A DNA stretch of 64,000 nucleotides from Terriglobia bacterium (GTDB lineage Bacteria; Acidobacteriota; Terriglobia; 2-12-FULL-54-10). The translations under genes were made by a program, and so were the position numbers. Location of the stretch: positions 896,001 through 960,000 of the forward strand of contig CAXVYR010000004.1 in assembly GCA_963666975.2 (NCBI GenBank), written 5' to 3'. Below, piece after piece: positions 58,033-64,000 of the stretch. The notes beneath the pieces are model-generated. The model was not told the DNA's origin. It made no database searches and saw only the letters and a list, made by a program, of their open reading frames with translations. Within the stretch, counting starts at the first letter, position 1. Each line of letters opens with the position of its first letter.

Positions 58033-58085
58033 CCTGAAGGGGCGCCCCAACGCGCTGAAAGCGGAGTGTTGGGGACCCCTCAGGG
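58033..58085. terminator. GC-rich REP-like hairpin between convergent genes
   Basis: ccctgaagggg..ccccaac / gttgggg.cccctcaggg. Confidence 0.55.
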
Positions 58086-58108
58086 TTGCGGCTCGGATGG
58101 GTCGTGCC

Positions 58109-58768
58109 CTACATGGAGCCGTCTTTCCGATGCACCAGCCGGTGCCACTCTTTTTGCGGGATTTCCTTTACCCATTTGAGCATGGAGTGGATCGCAAACA
58201 GCGGCGTGTCATTGTAAAAACGGTATTGTTTCAGGATGTCGAAGTGAGGCTTCCCGGTGCGGGAGGTTTTCGGCAGCAGGGCGTCGTGGTAGCCGTCGAA
58301 TTCCACCAGCCGGTACCGCTTGCGGTTCACCAAGCCGCTGTCCAGCGTGCAGTCCGCCATGATCCATCGCCCGTTCAGGAAAACCGCGTTCATCCCGTGA
58401 TGGGTCAGCTCATTGGTGCCCATCAGTCGCAGGAAAGACCCTACGATCTTGTAGTCTACGATGTTTTGAAAACCGATGCGGGCGGGCACGCCGCTCGCCC
58501 GGCAGAGCGCCGCGAACAGGGCCGCCTTCTGCATACAGAAACCGGTTCCCATCTCCAGCGTGTGCGATGCCCGGAAATGACTCCGGTTGCTGACCGCCGG
58601 GGCGAAGTTGTAGGGGATCTCGTCGCGAACAAAGCCAAAAATCCGCCGGACTTTTTCCGGCGCGCTTCGGATGGAGGCCGTCAACTCGGATGCCTTCCGA
58701 ACAATGGGCTTGGCGTCCGAGTCGATACAATAGGCCGGGTGGAGACTGCTTTCAGGATTCGTTCGCAT
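58109..58768 (-). CDS. Transglutaminase-like protein
   Basis: FVRDEIPY, GFCMQKA, HG, W...D triad pattern. Confidence 0.85.
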   Translation of the reverse strand: MRTNPESSLHPAYCIDSDAKPIVRKASELTASIRSAPEKVRRIFGFVRDEIPYNFAPAVSNRSHFRASHTLEMGTGFCMQKAALFAALCRASGVPARIGFQNIVDYKIVGSFLRLMGTNELTHHGMNAVFLNGRWIMADCTLDSGLVNRKRYRLVEFDGYHDALLPKTSRTGKPHFDILKQYRFYNDTPLFAIHSMLKWVKEIPQKEWHRLVHRKDGSM

Positions 58769-58851
58769 GAAGGTTGGACCGCAACAGAAGTCGCAAACCA
58801 AACTTCTATGATATCACGGAGAACCGGGAGAGTTCCCGCCACCTTCCCCCC

Positions 58852-58930
58852 TTGTCATGCCGTGGCAATAGCAGTATAGTAGGAAAGGTGAAGCTGGCGA
58901 GCAGTAGAGTGGGCGGAAGCCCGCTTTTTT
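58852..58930 (+). promoter_or_regulatory. rimP promoter and rimP-leader hairpin
   Basis: TTGTCA-17-TATAGT; AGAGTGGGC-GGAA-GCCCGCTTT followed by a T run. Confidence 0.7.
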
Positions 58931-58941
58931 ATTGGGGCAGA

Positions 58942-59442
58942 ATGAGTTTGCTCGAACGCATCCGGGAGATGGTGGACCGAGTGGCCACTTCCGAAGGAAT
59001 GGAACTGGTGGACGTGGAGTTGCACGGGCGCGGGCCTGCTACCACCTTGCGTATTTTCCTGGACAAGCCGGAGGGCATCACCCATAAGGACTGCCAAGTG
59101 GTCAGCCAGCAGGTCGGAGCCTTGCTTGACGTCGAGGACCTGCTCGATAGCCGCTATACGCTGGAGGTTTCCTCGCCGGGCCTGGACCGCAAGCTGGTCA
59201 AGCCAGCCGATTACCAGCGTTTTGCCGGCAGGCAGATCAACCTGGCGCTCAAGGTGGCCCGCGAGGGAAGGCGGCGTTTCCGAGGCTTGCTCCTGGGGAT
59301 GGAGAAGGAGGCCGTCCGGGTGGATATTGGAGACGGCCAAGTAGTGAGCTTCGAGTACGGCGAGATTGAGAAGGCAAACTTAGTTGCGGAGTTTTTCGGC
59401 AGGCAGGGCGCAACCAGCGGGAAAGAAATGGATTCGAGGTAA
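58942..59442 (+). CDS. rimP: Ribosome maturation factor
   Basis: YTLEVSSPGLDR; upstream of nusA. Confidence 0.96.
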   Translation: MSLLERIREMVDRVATSEGMELVDVELHGRGPATTLRIFLDKPEGITHKDCQVVSQQVGALLDVEDLLDSRYTLEVSSPGLDRKLVKPADYQRFAGRQINLALKVAREGRRRFRGLLLGMEKEAVRVDIGDGQVVSFEYGEIEKANLVAEFFGRQGATSGKEMDSR

Positions 59443-59445
59443 AAG

Positions 59446-60987
59446 ATGTCCAGCTTGTTGTTACAATCCATCGACCAGTTGAGCCGGGAGAAAGGCATCG
59501 AACCGCAGATTATCATCAGCGCGGTGGAAGACGCCATCTTGGTTGCGGCGCGGAAGTATTTTAAGGCAGGGGAAGAGTTGCGTTCCGAGCTGAACCGGGA
59601 GACCGGCCAAGTGGAGGTGTATGCCCTGAAGAAGGTGGTGGACGATGTCCTCTACCCAAACCGGGAGATCACCCTGGAGAATGCGCAGGAGCTGGACCCG
59701 GAGGCTGTGCTCGAAGCCGAGGTCAAGGTCTTCAAGCCGACCGATGTGCTGGGACGGATTGCCGCACAGACGGCCAAGCAGGTCATCTTTCAGAAGGTGA
59801 GAGAAGCCGAGCGGGAGAACGTTTACAACGAGTATAGCGGCCGGATCGGTGAAGTCGTGAATTGCACCATCCGGCGAACCGAGGGGTCGGACCTTATTAT
59901 GGAGCTGGGAAAAACCGAAGGCCGGCTGCCCCGCCGGGAGCAGTCCAGACTGGAAAGCTTTCAGGTCGGAGAGCGCACGCGGGTGGTGATCATCCAGGTG
60001 GAAAAGTCCGCCAAGGGACCCCAGGTCATCGTTTCCCGCGCCAATCCGAATCTGGTCGCCCGCCTGTTTGAGTCGGAGGTCCCGGAGATCTACGACGGTA
60101 CGGTCGTGATCCGTTCCACGGCCCGCGAGGCGGGAGAGCGCACCAAGGTCGCCGTCCTTTCCAAGGACCGGGACGTGGACTGTGTAGGCGCCTGCGTGGG
60201 GATGAAGGGAATGCGGGTCCAGTCGATTATCCGGGAGTTGCGGGGAGAGAAGATTGACATCATCGAGTACAACGAAGATCCGGTGACCTTCGCCGCCAAC
60301 GCCCTCAGCCCGGCCAAAATCAACCGGGTCTCTGTGATTGACGCGGCCGAAAAGCACTTGGAAGTAGTCGTGGACGATACCCAGCTTTCGCTCGCCATCG
60401 GGAAAAAGGGGCAGAACGTTCGCCTGGCTGCCAAGCTGCTCGGCTGGAAGATTGACATCAAGAGCGAGGAAGAGAAGCGGCAGGAAGTGGAATCGCAGAT
60501 GGCGCAATTGGTGGCCGGCGGAACCTCCGTCTCTGAGATCGAGGGCATTGGAGCAAAGACCGCCGACAAACTGATGGAACATGATGTCACCACCGTGGAG
60601 CGGCTGGGCGAAATGACGCCGGAACAATTGCAAGAAATACCCGGAATCGGTCCAAAAATGGTAGAAAAAATCCGGCTGGCAGTGATTAATTATTACTCGC
60701 AGTTTGATGATGCATCAGAGACAGCCGCCGAACAGGGAGCCGGAGGATCGCCCGATCCCGGCTCGCCGGTTCCAGAAGCCGCTTCCGAAGCGGAGCAGGA
60801 GCCTCTTGCGCCGGCTGAAGAAGCAGCAGCGTCCGTGGGGGATGAAGCCGGGAAAGCGATTCTAGAAGAAGCGAATCAGGATGAGGGCGGCATAGAGTCC
60901 GGGCTCGGGACACCCGATTCCGGCCCGGAGCAGGAACAGACCCGGCTTCCCGCAGGTGACGGCGACGGGGAAGCAAAAAGCGAATAG
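59446..60987 (+). CDS. nusA: Transcription factor NusA
   Basis: GRIAAQTAKQ, EVPEI, GACVGMKG, AIGKKGQNVRLA. Confidence 0.97.
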   Translation: MSSLLLQSIDQLSREKGIEPQIIISAVEDAILVAARKYFKAGEELRSELNRETGQVEVYALKKVVDDVLYPNREITLENAQELDPEAVLEAEVKVFKPTDVLGRIAAQTAKQVIFQKVREAERENVYNEYSGRIGEVVNCTIRRTEGSDLIMELGKTEGRLPRREQSRLESFQVGERTRVVIIQVEKSAKGPQVIVSRANPNLVARLFESEVPEIYDGTVVIRSTAREAGERTKVAVLSKDRDVDCVGACVGMKGMRVQSIIRELRGEKIDIIEYNEDPVTFAANALSPAKINRVSVIDAAEKHLEVVVDDTQLSLAIGKKGQNVRLAAKLLGWKIDIKSEEEKRQEVESQMAQLVAGGTSVSEIEGIGAKTADKLMEHDVTTVERLGEMTPEQLQEIPGIGPKMVEKIRLAVINYYSQFDDASETAAEQGAGGSPDPGSPVPEAASEAEQEPLAPAEEAAASVGDEAGKAILEEANQDEGGIESGLGTPDSGPEQEQTRLPAGDGDGEAKSE

Positions 60988-61035
60988 ATCAAGTTTTCAA
61001 GACCCTAGTTGCACGAGAAACAACTAGGCGTCAGA

Positions 61036-63597
61036 ATGGCGAAGATGAGAATTAATGAATTGGCCAGGGAGCTGGAGGTCAAAGCGAAAGCGATCATCGA
61101 CTACCTGGCGGAGGCCGGAGTCGAGGAAAAAAAATCACACTCCAGTTCGATTGAGGGTGATCTGGCCGAAAAAGTAAAAGCCCACTTTCAGCAAAAAGAG
61201 GAAGAAGCTGGGAAAGCGGCTTCCCCCGAACCGGAAGCGGCTCCCAAGGCTCCTGAGGCGGTAACTCCCGAAGCGAGTGCGCCCGTTCCGGTGGAACCAG
61301 CCAAAGCAATCCAGCCACGGGAGGTCCCGGGTGAAGCGCGGACCGCCCTGCCACCCCGGAAGCCGGTCGCCACGGAAGCGGCCCCGGGACGCCGAACCCC
61401 TTTGCGCCCTCCCATCCGCTCACAAGGCGCGCCGAAACCTGTACAGCCACCTCCTGGCCGTACCATTTTGGAGCCAAAGCCGCCGCCTAGCCCTGTCGGT
61501 CGTCCCGGCATCGCGCCGCCCGGGTCAGCGGAAAGGCTAGCCGCCGTCGGCAAGGTGGCCGGAAAACGAAGCGCTCCTTTGGGGCCGGCCAAGCCGGGAG
61601 AGCCTATTTACTCCAAGCGCCCGATCCATCCTGCAGGACGGCCCTCCAGAACCTCCGGGGCTCCTGCGCCGGGAAGGCCCCCAATGCAAGGGGAGCCGGC
61701 CCGGCGTGGCATGCATCCGGTCCGAGGCCGCCCTCCGGGCGCGCCGACGCGGGGAGAGCGGGAGCGCCGCGCACAGCAATCTCGCGATCGTTCTCCGCGC
61801 GTGGTGGCGCCTCCCAAGCCTCCGCCTCCAATAGTCATCGACAAGGAAATTACGATTACCGAAGGCATTACGGTTAAGGACTTGTCGGAAAAGCTGGGGC
61901 TCAAAGCCCGCGACCTGATTCGCCGGTTGCTGGATATGGGAATCTTAGCCACCATCAACCAGACTATGGACCCGAGCTTGGCCGAGCAGGTGGCAAAGGG
62001 CTTCGGGGCTGGAACCACCATCGTCAGCTATGAAGAAGAGGCCATGCAGCAGGTGGAGTTGGAGGAAACTCCTGGAAAGTTGCTGGCGCGCGCGCCCGTG
62101 GTCACGGTGATGGGACATGTGGATCACGGAAAGACTTCGCTGCTGGATGCGATCCGGGAGACGAATGTGACGGCGCGAGAAGCCGGAGGGATCACGCAGC
62201 ATATTGGCGCCTATGCCGTCACAACCAACGGGCGGAAGATCGTTTTTGTAGACACGCCGGGACACGAAGCCTTCACCCGCATGCGCGCTCGCGGGTCGAA
62301 GATTACCGACGTTGTGGTGCTGGTGGTCGCGGCCGACGACGGGGTGATGCCGCAGACGCTCGAGGCCATCAACCATGCCCGCGCGGCCAAGGTGCCGATC
62401 CTGGTCGCGATCAACAAGGTGGACAAGCCGGACGCCATGACGGACCGCGTCAAAAAACAGCTTTCCGAGCACAGCTTGGTTTCCGAGGATTGGGGCGGCG
62501 ACACCGTCACGGTCGAGGTCTCCGCCAAGGAAAAAAAGAACATCTCCTTGCTGCTGGAAATGATCTTGCTTGTGGCCGATTTGCAGGACCTCAAAGCGAA
62601 TCCCGAGCGTCCGGCCCAGGGAACCGTTATAGAGGCGAAGCTGGACAAGGGCCGCGGCCCGGTCTCCAGCGTGCTTGTGCAGAACGGCACCCTGCGAGTG
62701 GGAGACTCATTTCTGGTGGGCGCTGTCTTCGGGAAGGTTCGCGCCATGCTGGATGATCTGGGCATGCCCGTGCGGGAAGCGCCGCCGTCCACCCCGGTAG
62801 AAGTTCTCGGCCTGCAATCCTTGCCCCGGGCGGGAGAGCACTTTCAGGTGGCTTCCGATCTCGCCAAAGCGAAGCAGACCGCCCTCTACCGCGCAGGGAA
62901 ACTGCGAGAGATCAATCTCGCCAAGTCATCCCGCCTGACTCTGGAGCACTTGCACGATCAGTTGAAGACCGGCACGGTGAAGGAGCTGCCCCTGATTTTG
63001 AAGGCCGACGTGCAGGGATCGGTGGAGGTTTTGTCGGAATCGCTGACCAAGCTCGGAGGAGAACAGGTCAAGACCAAAGTGATTCACGCAGGCGTGGGGG
63101 CCATTAACATTTCCGACGTGTTGCTGGCATCCGCCTCCAATTCCATCATCGTTGGTTTCAACGTGAGGCCGGAGAAAAAAGCAACCGAGCTGGCGCAGCA
63201 GGAAAAGGTGGATATCCGCCTCCACACCGTCATCTACAACGTGACAGACGAAATGAAGAAGGCCATGCTGGGATTGATGGAACCGACTCACAGGGAAGTT
63301 ACTTTGGGCAAAGCCGAGGTTCGCCAAACCTTCCGCATTGCCAAGATGGGGGTGATCGCGGGATCCCAGGTGTCGGAAGGCCGCCTGACCCGTGCCGCTT
63401 CCGTACGGTTGCTGCGGGACAATGTGGTCATCCATGAAGGCCGCATCTCCTCGCTGCGCCGTTTCAAAGAAGACGTGGCCGAGGTGAAGAACGGCTATGA
63501 ATGCGGCATCATGCTGGAGAACTTCAACGATGTCAAATTGGGCGACGTCATTGAAGCTTTTATACTGGAAGAAGTTGTTGCCGAGGTCCTGGTATAG
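61036..63597 (+). CDS. infB: Translation initiation factor IF-2
   Basis: MGHVDHGKT, GGITQHIGAY, DTPGHEAF, NKVD. Confidence 0.98.
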   Translation: MAKMRINELARELEVKAKAIIDYLAEAGVEEKKSHSSSIEGDLAEKVKAHFQQKEEEAGKAASPEPEAAPKAPEAVTPEASAPVPVEPAKAIQPREVPGEARTALPPRKPVATEAAPGRRTPLRPPIRSQGAPKPVQPPPGRTILEPKPPPSPVGRPGIAPPGSAERLAAVGKVAGKRSAPLGPAKPGEPIYSKRPIHPAGRPSRTSGAPAPGRPPMQGEPARRGMHPVRGRPPGAPTRGERERRAQQSRDRSPRVVAPPKPPPPIVIDKEITITEGITVKDLSEKLGLKARDLIRRLLDMGILATINQTMDPSLAEQVAKGFGAGTTIVSYEEEAMQQVELEETPGKLLARAPVVTVMGHVDHGKTSLLDAIRETNVTAREAGGITQHIGAYAVTTNGRKIVFVDTPGHEAFTRMRARGSKITDVVVLVVAADDGVMPQTLEAINHARAAKVPILVAINKVDKPDAMTDRVKKQLSEHSLVSEDWGGDTVTVEVSAKEKKNISLLLEMILLVADLQDLKANPERPAQGTVIEAKLDKGRGPVSSVLVQNGTLRVGDSFLVGAVFGKVRAMLDDLGMPVREAPPSTPVEVLGLQSLPRAGEHFQVASDLAKAKQTALYRAGKLREINLAKSSRLTLEHLHDQLKTGTVKELPLILKADVQGSVEVLSESLTKLGGEQVKTKVIHAGVGAINISDVLLASASNSIIVGFNVRPEKKATELAQQEKVDIRLHTVIYNVTDEMKKAMLGLMEPTHREVTLGKAEVRQTFRIAKMGVIAGSQVSEGRLTRAASVRLLRDNVVIHEGRISSLRRFKEDVAEVKNGYECGIMLENFNDVKLGDVIEAFILEEVVAEVLV

Positions 63598-63659
63598 GAA
63601 GGCTCCAGCTTCTGCGGCCCGGAATCCGGCCGGAATTTCCGCGCGAGCCTTCCGAGAAG

Positions 63660-63941
63660 ATGCCAGTTGGGATACTCACCCTGGAAATTCATCTGCCATA
63701 CGCACACTCCTTGAAAGAAAAAAGGGTTGTGGTGCGGAAGATCAAGGACCGCCTGCGGGCCCGGTTTAACGTGGCCGTGGCGGAGCTGGATCATCAGGAG
63801 TTGTGGCAGCGGGCCGTCGTGGGCGTGGTCTCCATCTCCAGTGACCAGCAGAACCTGGAGACCGTCATGGAGGATGTCCAGCGCGAATCGGAGAAGGTGC
63901 TGGGCGGCGACTTGGTGGGAACGGAGTTGAGTTTCTTCTGA
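63660..63941 (+). CDS. DUF503 (YlxP-like) protein
   Basis: SLKEKR, RFNVAVAE, QELWQRA; position after infB. Confidence 0.9.
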   Translation: MPVGILTLEIHLPYAHSLKEKRVVVRKIKDRLRARFNVAVAELDHQELWQRAVVGVVSISSDQQNLETVMEDVQRESEKVLGGDLVGTELSFF

Positions 63942-63983
63942 AGCAACGACAGGACATGCGGAGGCCGGAAACAAGGATCGGCA

Positions 63984-64000
63984 ATGCAAGAACGCACCAG
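63984..64000 (+). CDS. Probable start of rbfA (partial)
   Basis: ATG with AAGGA RBS; inferred from operon order only. Confidence 0.4.

Overview
GC-rich bacterial DNA, most likely Acidobacteriota. This is inferred from the TIGR03437-type C-termini, an Oar-like TonB receptor, kinase/PD40 remnants and a fused E1 alpha-beta gene. The backbone carries hydantoinase/oxoprolinase A/B, purM, pntAA-AB-B, msrB, a SurA-like PPIase, a YhaM-like nuclease, thrB/thrC, a metal-uptake operon, a 2-oxoacid dehydrogenase E1, UDG, an aldehyde dehydrogenase and rimP-nusA-infB-DUF503-rbfA. An ~18 kb integrative, satellite-like element (25071-43113) sits in tRNA-Leu(TAG). It duplicates the 5' half of the tRNA rather than the usual 3' end. 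It has arm-type repeats, xis-like genes, two AAA_25 ATPases, an iteron origin and decaying cargo bracketed by a recurring TGTACA..GGTCAG motif. Other notable points: an IS256 inside a signal-peptide coding region that supplies a replacement in-frame ATG; a hicAB cassette between two copies of an ALDH 3' end that differ only synonymously; a kinase gene whose middle is replaced by a GAF-PP2C phosphatase; and a His-rich PPR-ending leader ORF before a metal TonB receptor. All calls come from reading the sequence by eye; no searches were run.
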